Source of the DNA: a phage
Length of the DNA: 64,000 nt
Sequence record: PZ027503.1
Strand: one strand, 5' to 3'
This document shows positions 1 through 10,159 of this stretch, piece by piece; within the stretch, counting starts at the first letter, position 1; each line of letters starts with the position of its first letter. The notes beneath the pieces are model-generated. The model did no database searches, had not been told where the DNA came from, and worked only from the letters and a program-made list of their open reading frames with translations. Both the position numbers and the translations under genes were made by a program.

Positions 1-1
1 T

Positions 2-1117
2 AGCGGTTATATTTTAATTAAACCTGAAGATCTTCATTTATATGTCAACGAAGAAACAATAGCTGCAATTGATTATGATCAGATCGCTTTCCAAGCAGCA
101 TCTGCATTAGAGAAAAGAACAATCATTGCGAAGCACATCCCTTCAGGTGCTCAAAAGGAATTTAAAAATAAGACAGAGTTTTGGGGTAAAAGCAAGACTA
201 AAATTGGAGGTTGGCTAGGAGATACAAATGCAGAAAGAGCCTCCAAAAACAAACGTCCCTTCACAAAGGAAGAGTTCGAAATCATTGATAAGCAATACCC
301 GCCAGAAGATATCGGACACACCTTCCAAGCAGCTAAAACAAAAGTCTTAGGTATTCTAAAACATCTACGTTTAGAAAAATATTGCGGAGTTATTGGCGTA
401 GGAAAAACTTTCAGACACGCCTTCAAAATGCCTGTAGAATATAAGTCTGAACGATTAGATATTAAACCACTTCAGCTTTCAGAAACCAAAGATTATCTTG
501 TGGAGTTCCACAATGGTGATGTTGTTACTGTAATAGAGGCTGACGATGAGTTAGAGAAGTATGGTTTCCAAGGTTATAAAGATTATAAAAGGACGGGTAA
601 ATTTTCTTATATCGTAGTGTCTATAGATAAAGATAGTTTACATACTCCTAGTATCCTTTTTAATTTCTACAAAGAGGATGGAGTATTTAAAAATCCAGAT
701 ATAATTCTTATTGACGAGTCTATTGGCGACATATGGATCGTAGATAAAGGTAAAAAGAAAGAAGTTAAAGGTTGGGGAAGTTATTGGTTAGCCTATCAGA
801 TGCTAATGGGAGATAAAACAGATAGTATCCGACCTTATCAAGATTTTGATATTAAGTTCGGAGATATTACTTGTTTTAATCTTCTTTCAGCTTGTAAAAC
901 TCAAGCAGAACTTTTCCAAACAGTTAAAGATACTTACTACTCATGGTTCCCAGATGGTGTTAATTTTACTTCTTGGGATGGAGAAGAAGTCCATATGACA
1001 ACAGATGAATGGATAGAAACAATTTTCCAGTTGGTATACATGAAACGCTGGGATAATGACGATACAACATTTGAGAGTATGCTTCAGTCATACATCTCAC
1101 AACAGGAGGCAGAGTGA
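2..1117 (+). CDS. 5'-3' exonuclease / flap endonuclease family protein (RNase H-like); 5' end lies upstream of window
   Basis: Frame open from window edge to stop at 1115-1117; LMGDKTDSIRPYQDFDIKFGDITCFNLL resembles the H3TH region of FEN-type 5' nucleases. Confidence 0.45.
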   Translation, partial: SGYILIKPEDLHLYVNEETIAAIDYDQIAFQAASALEKRTIIAKHIPSGAQKEFKNKTEFWGKSKTKIGGWLGDTNAERASKNKRPFTKEEFEIIDKQYPPEDIGHTFQAAKTKVLGILKHLRLEKYCGVIGVGKTFRHAFKMPVEYKSERLDIKPLQLSETKDYLVEFHNGDVVTVIEADDELEKYGFQGYKDYKRTGKFSYIVVSIDKDSLHTPSILFNFYKEDGVFKNPDIILIDESIGDIWIVDKGKKKEVKGWGSYWLAYQMLMGDKTDSIRPYQDFDIKFGDITCFNLLSACKTQAELFQTVKDTYYSWFPDGVNFTSWDGEEVHMTTDEWIETIFQLVYMKRWDNDDTTFESMLQSYISQQEAE

Positions 1118-2073
1118 GCAGATTAACAGAAGAGCAGAAAGCAGATATCCTCAGTATGAGTGCAGAGGGTATGTCTTCTCGCAATATTGCAGCAATTGTT
1201 TTAGGTAGTCCAACAAGAAAAAGCACAGTAAATGATTTCCTTGCACGTTTCGGTGCAAGTAAACAAGAGCCAGTTAAAAAGAAACAACCAGTTATTAAAA
1301 TTATTGATGTTGAAACTGCACCAGAGATTGCATATACTTTCCGTCGATTCAAAGCCTTCATTTCTCCAGACCAGGTAATTCGTAGGGGTTATTTGTTATC
1401 TTACTCTTCTGCTGATTTGTATACAGGTGAAGTAGAAGGTAAGAACTTATCTTCTTATCCTCTTTTCGATATTGATCATACAGATGATTGGGAACTTTGC
1501 CAAGATCTTTGGAATCTTCTGAATGAAGCTGATGTTGTTGTGGCTCACAATGGGTACAAGTTTGACCGTGCATACATTAACCAACGCTTCGCATATCATG
1601 ATATGGCTCCACCTTCTAACTATGTAGTTGTTGATACCTTGAAGGCAGCTAAGAAACAGTTTGCACTTCCTTCCAATTCTCTTAAAGAAATGGGAGCGTA
1701 TTTTGAAACAGAAAGTGAAAAACTGGATAACGAGGGGTTCCCTTTATGGAAAGCATGTTGTGAAGGTGATCGTGATGCTTTTGAACGTATGCAGATTTAC
1801 AATGATGGTGATGTTGTTTCACTTCGTGATTTGTATATGAAAATCCTTCCGTGGATTCCACAGCATCCTAACTTATCCGCTTATTACCCAGACGAGAAAG
1901 TCCGTTGTTCTCGTTGCGGCAGTGATCATGTTCACGTTGTTACTGGTAAGCAATACCACACTGCGGTAAGTTCTTTCGATATCATTCGTTGTGAATCTTG
2001 TGGAGGTTTGTCACGTAGTAGAGCAAACACCAGATCCAAAGATAAACGAGCAGCAACCATTATTGGAATCTAA
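1114..2073 (+). CDS. DEDD-type 3'-5' exonuclease (DnaQ-like) with C-terminal Cys4 zinc ribbon
   Basis: Exo motifs IDVETA, VVAHNGYKFD, YNDGD; C-terminal CSRCG...CESCGG; ATGA overlap with upstream gene. Confidence 0.55.
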   Translation: MSRLTEEQKADILSMSAEGMSSRNIAAIVLGSPTRKSTVNDFLARFGASKQEPVKKKQPVIKIIDVETAPEIAYTFRRFKAFISPDQVIRRGYLLSYSSADLYTGEVEGKNLSSYPLFDIDHTDDWELCQDLWNLLNEADVVVAHNGYKFDRAYINQRFAYHDMAPPSNYVVVDTLKAAKKQFALPSNSLKEMGAYFETESEKLDNEGFPLWKACCEGDRDAFERMQIYNDGDVVSLRDLYMKILPWIPQHPNLSAYYPDEKVRCSRCGSDHVHVVTGKQYHTAVSSFDIIRCESCGGLSRSRANTRSKDKRAATIIGI

Positions 2074-2079
2074 TAATCA

Positions 2080-2102
2080 GGGAGCTTATTGCTCCCTTTT
2101 TT
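2080..2102 (+). terminator. intrinsic terminator
   Basis: GGGAGC-ttatt-GCTCCC hairpin followed by TTTTTT. Confidence 0.6.
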
Positions 2103-2103
2103 A

Positions 2104-2132
2104 TTGACAAAAATTTGATATTAGTGTATACT
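2104..2132 (+). promoter_or_regulatory. sigma70-like promoter
   Basis: TTGACA, 17-bp spacer, TATACT. Confidence 0.5.
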
Positions 2133-2159
2133 CTGCTAACCACAATAAAAGGAGGAAAT

Positions 2160-2387
2160 ATGAGCATTACATTAACAGGTAACGAAATTTTCGAACTGTT
2201 TGAAATGTTAGGTTTAAACTATACCATCGAGAAAGACCCAGATTTACTTGATGTTGAAATAACAATTCAAGAAGATACAGCAATCTACAATGATGATGGT
2301 GATGTTATCTATCAAGGTAGGGTAGCTTATTATACAGACTACCCAGAAGAAGGCGCAGTAGGAATTCAGGAGGAAAATTATGTCTAA
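2160..2387 (+). CDS. hypothetical protein
   Basis: AAGGAGG 3 nt upstream of ATG at 2160; track ORF trimmed to this start. Confidence 0.5.
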   Translation: MSITLTGNEIFELFEMLGLNYTIEKDPDLLDVEITIQEDTAIYNDDGDVIYQGRVAYYTDYPEEGAVGIQEENYV

Positions 2388-2781
2388 TGCTTTTGATAAT
2401 CAGGTTGACGGTGATCACTACACAAAAATGGCAATGCAACCTATTGAACTAGCTTATTTGGTTGGTGGCACACCTTGTTTTTGTAAATTGGCAAAATATG
2501 CAACACGTATTAAAGGTGAACGTCAGATTAACCTAGATAAAGCTATTCATTGTATTGAACTAGAAAGAACCCTTATGCAAAATAACACGTATATGGTTCG
2601 TGAAAATTATCCATCTATGACAAATGCAGCTAAACATGATCAAGCTATGCTTCTTATTGATTTCTTCACAAAAGATCCTTTAATACGAGTAGCACTGAAA
2701 CACATGTATAACTCTTCTTATGTAGATGCAATCGAAGCTATTAAACAACTTAAGGAACGTATTAGTGGCGAGCAATACTAA
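2380..2781 (+). CDS. DUF3310-like phage protein
   Basis: GDHY...IELAYLVGG...KLAKYATRIKG pattern recalled for DUF3310; start overlaps upstream stop. Confidence 0.45.
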   Translation: MSNAFDNQVDGDHYTKMAMQPIELAYLVGGTPCFCKLAKYATRIKGERQINLDKAIHCIELERTLMQNNTYMVRENYPSMTNAAKHDQAMLLIDFFTKDPLIRVALKHMYNSSYVDAIEAIKQLKERISGEQY

Positions 2782-2870
2782 ACAATATGGAGCAGGAGAA
2801 GTTTATAAAATATTCAACCGAAAAGGTGATAAACTTTTACTAACTTTGACTATTCCAGAAACAATGTGCA

Positions 2871-2899
2871 AGGCGGGGTTAGACCGCCTTTTGTTTTTT
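2871..2899 (+). terminator. intrinsic terminator
   Basis: AGGCGG-ggttaga-CCGCCT hairpin followed by TTTGTTTTTT. Confidence 0.5.
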
Positions 2900-2948
2900 A
2901 AACACAATATCCCACCAGGGGAATATACAGCTAAAAAGGTGAGCAATA

Positions 2949-3524
2949 TTGGCAGGTGAACCAAAAATAATGTGGGGTGAAGGAACACCCTGGAAAACAC
3001 AAGCTGAATTTTATACTTATCTTAGGGGATGTTTTAGAAAAGCATGGATGAGACACCCTAATAAAATTAAGGTTATCAATGCAAGGCGTTTTAAAGTTGA
3101 TCGAGTAGATAAAGACGGCAATGTAATGATAGACAAGAAAACTGGAAAACCAAAACAAGTTTGGAATTGTGAGTGCGAAATATGTGGACATAGGGGAGGA
3201 ATGAAAGACTTCCAAGTGGATCATATTCACGCAGCAAAACAACTTCAATGTTTTGATGATATTCCTCTTTTTGTTTTCCGTTTGATCTATGTGAAAGAAG
3301 AAGATTTGCGAATGGTTTGTAAATTGTGCAACTCTATTCTTGCTTATGCAGACAAGCAAGGCATATCTTTTGAAGAAGCAAAAGCTGAAAAAGAAGCGAT
3401 AGCTTTGTGTAGAGCTAAGAAAGATAAGGCATGGCTGAAGAAGCGTAAAATAGAACCTGAAAGCACAGTAGCAAAACGCCGTAAACAAATAGTCAAAATC
3501 CTATTGCAGGAAATTGAAAGTTAG
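2949..3524 (+). CDS. HNH endonuclease-like protein
   Basis: CECEICGH...DFQVDHIHAAK resembles HNH motif; TTG start after AAGGTG, alternative ATG at 2970. Confidence 0.4.
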   Translation: MAGEPKIMWGEGTPWKTQAEFYTYLRGCFRKAWMRHPNKIKVINARRFKVDRVDKDGNVMIDKKTGKPKQVWNCECEICGHRGGMKDFQVDHIHAAKQLQCFDDIPLFVFRLIYVKEEDLRMVCKLCNSILAYADKQGISFEEAKAEKEAIALCRAKKDKAWLKKRKIEPESTVAKRRKQIVKILLQEIES

Positions 3525-3561
3525 TATAAGATAACTATACTAAAAAGAGAGAGGAGGTTTT

Positions 3562-4170
3562 ATGCAGATAGTATGTGATTGGGATTTAGTTGTGGCTCCG
3601 TTAGATGTTGCTTGGTTAGAATGGTTGAATAAGATTAGTGGCCTTGGTGTTAAAATCGACACATTCACAAAAAATGCAGATTACGATCTTACCAACTATT
3701 TTCCTGGTTTCAGGGAAGAGTTCAACATAGATCCTTACGGATTTCTGGATAATCCTCATCTCTACGATACAATGGGTTTTGTTCCAGGTATGCCAGATTT
3801 CTTAAAGTATGTTTCAAGGAAAGGTGGCAATCTTTTGATCGCAAGTGTGACAAAAGGTGGTCACTTAAGTTCTAAACATAAACATGTTTTAAGAACATTG
3901 GACACGATTGATTTTAGCAAAGGATCTGGTAACGGCTTTTTTGCTACAAAAGAAAAATATTTATTGCCTTGTGATATAGCCATAGATGACAGGGCTGATA
4001 ACCTACTATATTTTCCAGATGAAGTGGTTAAAATATATTTTAATACGCCTTATAAAGATAACCATCTAGAAGAACTAAAGAAAAAACCAAATGTTGTGAT
4101 CACAGGTTTAGAAGATCAGTGGCTAACATGTTTGGATGTTTTTAACACTTTGAACAATTTTAAAAACTAA
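3562..4170 (+). CDS. HAD-superfamily phosphatase (possible 5'(3')-deoxyribonucleotidase)
   Basis: N-terminal CDWDLV (DxDxV-like), later IASVT, K, and IDDRADN motifs in HAD order; GAGGAGG RBS. Confidence 0.4.
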   Translation: MQIVCDWDLVVAPLDVAWLEWLNKISGLGVKIDTFTKNADYDLTNYFPGFREEFNIDPYGFLDNPHLYDTMGFVPGMPDFLKYVSRKGGNLLIASVTKGGHLSSKHKHVLRTLDTIDFSKGSGNGFFATKEKYLLPCDIAIDDRADNLLYFPDEVVKIYFNTPYKDNHLEELKKKPNVVITGLEDQWLTCLDVFNTLNNFKN

Positions 4171-4179
4171 GGAGAAAAA

Positions 4180-5178
4180 ATGACAAAACAGATTTCGGCT
4201 AGTATTATTGCACATTCCATCACTGAAGACGGAAAAGAGATTGTAACTTTCGAACTTGAATATCCACGTATTATTCATTCAGAACTGATGACTCACCGCC
4301 TGTTCAGTCGTAATGCTGCTTCTAGCCGTGCTATACCTGTTAAAACACTGATCGAAATGGTTCGAAATCAGCCTGCTCGTCCTTATCGTTTTGGGGCTAA
4401 CCAACCTGGTATGCAGGACAAAGGTGTTGATCATGACGCTCTTATTGATGCAGGTTATACTGCTCAAGAGTGGTGGGATCTTGCCGCGCTTAGTGCAGCA
4501 CGTTTTGCAGAAGAATTCTCTTTGGCAGGGTACCACAAACAAGTTGCAAACCGTCTTCTGGAACCTTTCCAACGAATTAAAACAGTTCTGACAGCAACAG
4601 AATATGAAAATTTCTGGTGGCTACGTGATGACAAAGAAGCCGATCCTACTATCGAAGCTTTGGCTAAAGAGATGCACAAAGAGTATGAAGAATCTACACC
4701 AGAAGTGCTGAAACCAGGGCAATGGCACACACCTTATGTAGACCATTTCTATGATACTATTGGCACAGAAGGTGACGATCATTTTGTTTTTGGTGGATAC
4801 TACGTTCAAGATGAATCTGGAGAAGTCGTTGTGCTTACTTTGGAAGAAGCCAAAGCTATTTCAGCTTCGTGTTGTGCACAGGTTAGCTATCGTCGTTTGA
4901 ATGCAACTAAAGATAAAGCTTTAGATATCTATGGTCGTTTGCTGACTGGGCGCAAGGTTCATGCTTCTCCGTTTGAACATCAAGCCACTCCAATGCAAGA
5001 AACATACGAACAATATGGAGAGAACTGTTTTGAAGATTTGTTTATCAATGCTCCTTGGGATTTTAACTCTTGGGAACCAGGTATTACCCATGTAGATCGT
5101 AATGGTAAGTTTTGGTCTGGCAATTTCAAAGGCTGGATTCAACATCGTCAACTTTTAACAAATCATACTAAATGGTGA
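4180..5178 (+). CDS. thyX: flavin-dependent thymidylate synthase (ThyX family)
   Basis: THRLFSRNAASSRA matches the ThyX RHR...S...S.R signature; AAGGAGAAAAA RBS. Confidence 0.7.
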   Translation: MTKQISASIIAHSITEDGKEIVTFELEYPRIIHSELMTHRLFSRNAASSRAIPVKTLIEMVRNQPARPYRFGANQPGMQDKGVDHDALIDAGYTAQEWWDLAALSAARFAEEFSLAGYHKQVANRLLEPFQRIKTVLTATEYENFWWLRDDKEADPTIEALAKEMHKEYEESTPEVLKPGQWHTPYVDHFYDTIGTEGDDHFVFGGYYVQDESGEVVVLTLEEAKAISASCCAQVSYRRLNATKDKALDIYGRLLTGRKVHASPFEHQATPMQETYEQYGENCFEDLFINAPWDFNSWEPGITHVDRNGKFWSGNFKGWIQHRQLLTNHTKW

Positions 5179-5194
5179 TCTGTTTAAATAGTTA

Positions 5195-5222
5195 TTGACT
5201 TTAGTATTAGTTTTAGTATAAT
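5195..5222 (+). promoter_or_regulatory. sigma70-like promoter
   Basis: TTGACT, 16-bp spacer, TATAAT. Confidence 0.5.
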
Positions 5223-5276
5223 ATAGCACAATACTGGGAGGAGGTGAGTCCTCCCGTTCAAAACGAAGGAGAAAAT

Positions 5277-5687
5277 ATGTCATTAGTAAATACTACAACT
5301 TGGGCTACCGTAAGCATGTCTACTGTAATGTCTACCCCTATCTGGAAACTAGAATCAAATAAACACAATGGCAATATCCCACACGAGAAACAAAATGCTG
5401 TTATTAGAGCGTCGCTTGTAATGCTGGGTATGGCTGAAGATTCACACTATTCTGTTGAGCGTAATGTGAATATCCGAAGCAATAACGATAAGCGGGTAGT
5501 GTTTGCAAATACAACGCTTTTCACTTTCCCTGTTTCACCTAATTGTGGTTTTAAACGAATCTACCAAGAAAATGATATTTTTCATTTTGGTGATGAAGAA
5601 TTTACAGGTTGGGGTGCGTCACATATTAAGATGGATGATTTCGGTAACTCTTATGATCCTGCGAAAGCAGATGATACTAATCAATGA
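5277..5687 (+). CDS. hypothetical protein
   Basis: GAAGGAG RBS before ATG at 5277; 5' UTR hairpin GGGAGG/CCTCCC. Confidence 0.5.
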   Translation: MSLVNTTTWATVSMSTVMSTPIWKLESNKHNGNIPHEKQNAVIRASLVMLGMAEDSHYSVERNVNIRSNNDKRVVFANTTLFTFPVSPNCGFKRIYQENDIFHFGDEEFTGWGASHIKMDDFGNSYDPAKADDTNQ

Positions 5688-5695
5688 GAGGGACA

Positions 5696-5938
5696 ATGAC
5701 TGATAATAAATATGAAGGCTGTGAAATCGAAGTCTATTTTGATGAAACTGTTGGTTGTAATGTAACTGTAATTCTAGACACTTCAAAACGTTTATCTCCT
5801 AAAAGACAAGAAGCAGACCGTCGAGCAAAAGCAAAAGGGTTTGATGACATAACTCATTTTGAAGGTTTTCTATATGCTAATGGACTTTTTAATGAAATGA
5901 AGTTTGGTTATGATGTAGATGTTTTGAATATGCATTAA
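5696..5938 (+). CDS. hypothetical protein
   Basis: ORF with GAGAGGG RBS; start chosen at ATG 5696. Confidence 0.45.
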   Translation: MTDNKYEGCEIEVYFDETVGCNVTVILDTSKRLSPKRQEADRRAKAKGFDDITHFEGFLYANGLFNEMKFGYDVDVLNMH

Positions 5939-5954
5939 TAATAGGGAGGAGAAG

Positions 5955-8195
5955 TTGATTCGTTTTGTAACTAAATCTAACGGTAAGACAGAGGAGTTTA
6001 ATCCAGAAAAACTTCGCAAATGGTCTGAATTTGCAGCAGGTAAACTAAACTGGTCTGAAATTGAATTAGAAGCTGTGAAGCGGTGTTATGACGGTGTGTC
6101 TACACGTGATCTGCATAAAGCAATGATTGCAGCGTGTATTGACAAGAAAACACAAGCTTACAGTGATATGGCAGGAAGACTTCTTCTTGGTATGATTTAC
6201 AAACAGGCTCATGGGGGATACCACAGTATCCCTTCACTGAATACCTTTTATCATGATATGGTAGAACGTGGACATTGGGCTAAAATGGATTATACTGATG
6301 AAGAGATCAAAGAAATAGGTAAGATTGTAAAGCATAATAAAAATCTAACTTATGGTTATTCTGTTTTACGTCAGATGGTAGATAAATATCTTATTCGAGA
6401 TGCAGTAAACGATGTGGTGCATGAGTCTCCACAGTTTCTTTTCATTGGTATCGCAATGAAGGTTATGGAGATCCAACCAAAAGAACGCCGTATAGAAGAT
6501 ATTAAAAAACTTTATACTTATGTTAGCGATCTTAAGATTAATCTGCCATCGCCGTATCTGACAACTCTACGAACTCCAATCAAAGGAAGTGCGTCTTGTT
6601 GTTTATTCCGTGCAGACGATACGGCAGAATCTTTAGCCATTGCTAATTACTTAGCTCATGAGTATACGTTGAATAACGCAGGTATTGGTGTTAATCTTCA
6701 AACTCGTGCCACAGGTCAAGGTGTTAAGAATAATCGTATTATTCATGGTGGTCTTCTTCCGTATCTGAAATGGATGGAAGATAGTGTTGGAGCTTCGAAG
6801 CAAGCAAGCCGTGGAGGTAGTGCTACAGTTACTTTTACCATACTTGAACCAGACTTCGACGATCTGATTCGACTGAAGAATCCAACAACACCTATAGATA
6901 AACGAGTAGACAAACTGGATTATTCTATTGTTGTTAACCGTTCGTTCTTGCGTCGAGCAGCAAAAAACGAAGATTGGATGTTAGTTAGTTGTGATGATGC
7001 TCCTGAACTTTATGAAGCTTTGTATAAAAGTGAAGAAGAGTTTGATGCAGTTTATGACAAAGTAAGCCGTCGCCGCATTAAGAAAAAATTTGTTAAGGCT
7101 CGTGATCTTCTGACAGAGATTATTGTTCAACGTGCAGAAACAGGACGTATTTACATGTTCTTTGCTGACAACGTTAACAACCATACACCTTTCCTGGATA
7201 CGGTGTATCAATCAAACCTGTGTCAAGAGATCTTCTTACCAACTAAAGCTTTCCACAGTATGCCGGATCTCTTTACTGGTGAGAATACAGAAGATCAAGA
7301 ATTGGCTTTATGCTTCTTATCTTCTATTGTTGCTGGTCGTGTCTTACCTGAAGAATATGAGGATGTTGCATACTACACTGTATTGACAATTGACAACGTT
7401 ATTGAAACAATGGATTATCCATTTAAACATAACGAAATAACTGCTAAAGCACGTAGATCTATTGGTGTAGGCATTACAAACTTAGCGCATTACTTGGCAA
7501 GTAATTTTGTAAATTATTCAGATGCTTATGCTAAAAAATTAATGCATGAACTTGCAGAACGTCATTACTTCTGGTTGGCAAAAGCCTCTCTGCGTCTGGC
7601 TAAGGAAAAAGGTAATGCGGAATGGATTGATAAGACCAAATGGCCTCAAGGTTGGCTACCAATTGACACTTATGCTAAAACAGTAGATAGTATCGGTAAT
7701 TTTGATCTTAAAATGGACTGGGAAGGCTTACGTGCTGAAATCATTGAACAAGGTGGTATCCGTAACAGTGTCTTGGCTGCTATCGCACCTAATGAGTCCA
7801 GCAGTTTGGTAAGCAATACTACTAACTCTCTGTATCCTGTTCGTGATACTATTATGTATAAACAAAGTCAGAAAGGTAGTGTATTATTTATTGTTCCAGA
7901 CTACGAAAAACTGAAAATGTTCTACCAGTCCGCCTGGGACACTCCGGCTAAAGACCTTGCAGAAATGTATGGTATCTTTACCAAGTTTACGGACCAAGGA
8001 ATTTCTTGTGATTCTTGGCTAGATTATTCTAAATTGGTAGGTGGACGTTTATCAGTGAAAGCTGAGATGCAGTTTATTCTGAATTTTGCTAGACTGGGTG
8101 GTAAGTCGTTGTATTACCTTAATAGTAGAACAAAATCAGCAGACTCTTTAGCACAAGAAGATTCTGATGGTGGTTGTGAAGCTTGCAAGATGTGA
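5955..8195 (+). CDS. nrdA: ribonucleoside-diphosphate reductase large subunit (class Ia, NrdA)
   Basis: 746 aa; N-terminal ATP-cone (VTKSNGKTEEFNPEKL); length and overall pattern typical of NrdA; TTG start after GGGAGGAG. Confidence 0.9.
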   Translation: MIRFVTKSNGKTEEFNPEKLRKWSEFAAGKLNWSEIELEAVKRCYDGVSTRDLHKAMIAACIDKKTQAYSDMAGRLLLGMIYKQAHGGYHSIPSLNTFYHDMVERGHWAKMDYTDEEIKEIGKIVKHNKNLTYGYSVLRQMVDKYLIRDAVNDVVHESPQFLFIGIAMKVMEIQPKERRIEDIKKLYTYVSDLKINLPSPYLTTLRTPIKGSASCCLFRADDTAESLAIANYLAHEYTLNNAGIGVNLQTRATGQGVKNNRIIHGGLLPYLKWMEDSVGASKQASRGGSATVTFTILEPDFDDLIRLKNPTTPIDKRVDKLDYSIVVNRSFLRRAAKNEDWMLVSCDDAPELYEALYKSEEEFDAVYDKVSRRRIKKKFVKARDLLTEIIVQRAETGRIYMFFADNVNNHTPFLDTVYQSNLCQEIFLPTKAFHSMPDLFTGENTEDQELALCFLSSIVAGRVLPEEYEDVAYYTVLTIDNVIETMDYPFKHNEITAKARRSIGVGITNLAHYLASNFVNYSDAYAKKLMHELAERHYFWLAKASLRLAKEKGNAEWIDKTKWPQGWLPIDTYAKTVDSIGNFDLKMDWEGLRAEIIEQGGIRNSVLAAIAPNESSSLVSNTTNSLYPVRDTIMYKQSQKGSVLFIVPDYEKLKMFYQSAWDTPAKDLAEMYGIFTKFTDQGISCDSWLDYSKLVGGRLSVKAEMQFILNFARLGGKSLYYLNSRTKSADSLAQEDSDGGCEACKM

Positions 8196-8203
8196 TGAAA
8201 CTA

Positions 8204-8222
8204 GGGGCTTCGGCCCCTTTTT
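8204..8222 (+). terminator. intrinsic terminator
   Basis: GGGGC-ttcg-GCCCC hairpin followed by TTTTT. Confidence 0.6.
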
Positions 8223-8239
8223 ATTGAGGAGAATTTTAA

Positions 8240-9325
8240 ATGGCAGCAATTAATTTACACAACGAAGTTTACAAAACAGGAAAATATCCAGTATTTTTGG
8301 GGGAGCAATTAGGGATCTTTGATTCTGTTAACGTAACTTATCCAGAAATGCACAAACTCTACAAACTTCAAAAAGCACAAGATTGGGATGAAAACGAAGT
8401 TAACTTGGATCAGACACGTAAAGATTTCGTAGCTTGTTCTAAAAACAACTATGATGTTATGATTAAAAACTTATCGTTCCAATGGGAAAATGATTCTCTT
8501 GCAAAATCAATCATCACTTTGTTCTCTCCATTCTTGAGTAACAATGAAGCCTGTGCTATGATGATGAAGCAGAGTGAAATGGAAGTTCTCCATGCGTTAA
8601 CGTATTCTGAAATAATCCGTCAATGTACTCCAGATCCAATTGAAGTCATCAATCAGATTATGATTAATGATAAAATTTTCAATCGTATGGGTATCATTGC
8701 TGATATCATGGGTCAGTTGGAAGAAGCTGGTCATAAGTATGCTCTAGGATTGATTGAAACTAACGATGAACTTCGATTGCTGATTCTTAAAGGGATGGTA
8801 GCCCTGATTGGATTAGAAGGTATTCAGTTTATATCTTCCTTCTCTGCTACTTTTGCTATGGCAGAACAACAATTGTTTGTTGGGGCTTGTAAGCTGATCC
8901 AGAAAATTATGCTAGATGAAATCTTGCATGTTAAGATGGATTATGCTGTAATTGATGCATTGATGCATGACCCAATTTGGCGTAAAATTTACGAAGACAA
9001 TATTGAAGAGTTGACTTTGATCCTCGACACTGTTGTTGAACAAGAGGAACAGTGGTGTGACTACCTGTTTAGTGAAGGTCGTTTTATTGTAGGTCTTAAC
9101 GCCGAATTGTCTAAACAGTGGGTTTATTTCAATGCTGCTCCTATTTATCGTCGATTGAAAATGAAAGCCAAGTTTAAAGCACCTAAACATAGTCCTTTAG
9201 CTTGGATGGAAAAATGGTTGAATCCTGATTTGATTCAGTCAGCAGCCCAAGAGATTCAGTTAACTAATTACAAATTGAATTCAGCTAACAAAGATCTCTC
9301 TGATGATGAGGAGCTTGACTTCTAA
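8240..9325 (+). CDS. nrdB: ribonucleoside-diphosphate reductase small subunit (NrdB)
   Basis: 361 aa directly after nrdA; di-iron ligand pattern (MEVLHALTYSE) and length typical of NrdB. Confidence 0.85.
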   Translation: MAAINLHNEVYKTGKYPVFLGEQLGIFDSVNVTYPEMHKLYKLQKAQDWDENEVNLDQTRKDFVACSKNNYDVMIKNLSFQWENDSLAKSIITLFSPFLSNNEACAMMMKQSEMEVLHALTYSEIIRQCTPDPIEVINQIMINDKIFNRMGIIADIMGQLEEAGHKYALGLIETNDELRLLILKGMVALIGLEGIQFISSFSATFAMAEQQLFVGACKLIQKIMLDEILHVKMDYAVIDALMHDPIWRKIYEDNIEELTLILDTVVEQEEQWCDYLFSEGRFIVGLNAELSKQWVYFNAAPIYRRLKMKAKFKAPKHSPLAWMEKWLNPDLIQSAAQEIQLTNYKLNSANKDLSDDEELDF

Positions 9326-9534
9326 TGATTTTGAGATGTGTTGGTATAATCGACACATTCAAAGACGTTTTTGACAAAGGGGCTTCTTATGAAGCCTCCG
9401 AAATGAAGAATGGTTTTTGTGATGTATTCGGTAAACGCCTGAAGAAAAACGGCGATCCTTGGCTAGGAGTTATGTCTTGTGGTCATATTATTGTAAATGG
9501 TGTTGCCAAGTTTGAAATAATTAAGGAGGAATAA
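9325..9534 (+). CDS. hypothetical protein
   Basis: ORF in track; start overlaps nrdB stop. Confidence 0.45.
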   Translation: MILRCVGIIDTFKDVFDKGASYEASEMKNGFCDVFGKRLKKNGDPWLGVMSCGHIIVNGVAKFEIIKEE

Positions 9535-9680
9535 TGGCTGAAAAACTTATTTTTTGTCCTGTGTGCGGTGGGACTGGACAGATGGAAGTGGAAATTATGG
9601 TAACATTTCCTTGCCTGAATTGTCATGGTGAGGGACGAGTAGTAGTCTTTGAAAAAGAAGAGGTGGAAGATGGAGAATGA
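9534..9680 (+). CDS. small zinc-ribbon protein (48 aa)
   Basis: Below track cutoff; CPVCGG...CLNCHG; TAATG overlap with upstream stop; GGAGGA RBS. Confidence 0.35.
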   Translation: MAEKLIFCPVCGGTGQMEVEIMVTFPCLNCHGEGRVVVFEKEEVEDGE

Positions 9681-9834
9681 AAAAGAGTATGTCCGTATTC
9701 CACGAGAATTAACAGATCACATTGCAGAAGCAATAGCTTTCGAAGCTAGATGTTGTGGAGGCATTGCTTACGATATTTATGAAGCAATTATTAAAGCTGC
9801 TCAAGAAGAGGAGGAGATGAAAAATGGGTATTGA
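9670..9834 (+). CDS. hypothetical protein
   Basis: ORF in track; start set at ATG 9670 (track begins at TTG 9649). Confidence 0.35.
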   Translation: MENEKEYVRIPRELTDHIAEAIAFEARCCGGIAYDIYEAIIKAAQEEEEMKNGY

Positions 9835-10150
9835 TATCGAATGGCGTATGTTACAGGGTGCACCTTTTAATAAGTGGGAAGAGGCTGTAGGAGAAGATCC
9901 TAGAATTGAAGAAGAATTTGACGGAGATTTTAACTGGTTCTTACAAGAAGGTCTGGACTTAAGTCGCATCTCTCCTTTCTACGATGCTGATGAGTCTTAT
10001 TGCATATATGGTATTTATTTAGAAGGCGGAGAAGGAAGCGTAGCTGTAGATCTTGAGCAATTAAATGAGAATGCAAAAGAAGCCTATGCAGAGCTACTTG
10101 AAAAATATAACATTAAAACGGAAACTATTATTTCTCAACATGTCTGGTAA
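9824..10150 (+). CDS. hypothetical protein
   Basis: ORF in track; acidic protein. Confidence 0.5.
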   Translation: MGIDIEWRMLQGAPFNKWEEAVGEDPRIEEEFDGDFNWFLQEGLDLSRISPFYDADESYCIYGIYLEGGEGSVAVDLEQLNENAKEAYAELLEKYNIKTETIISQHVW

Positions 10151-10159
10151 GGAGAGAAA

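Noticed and set aside
2726-2959. 77-aa plus-strand ORF between the DUF3310-like and HNH-like genes
   Set aside because: Overlaps the upstream gene end in another frame and contains an intrinsic terminator (2871-2899) in its middle; more likely intergenic sequence.
151-4809. Minus-strand ORFs in the first 5 kb of the track (151-426, 966-1361, 1358-1573, 2803-3000, 2931-3488, 4279-4572, 4464-4730, 4621-4809)
   Set aside because: Antisense to longer plus-strand genes with recognisable domains and RBSs; taken as shadow ORFs.
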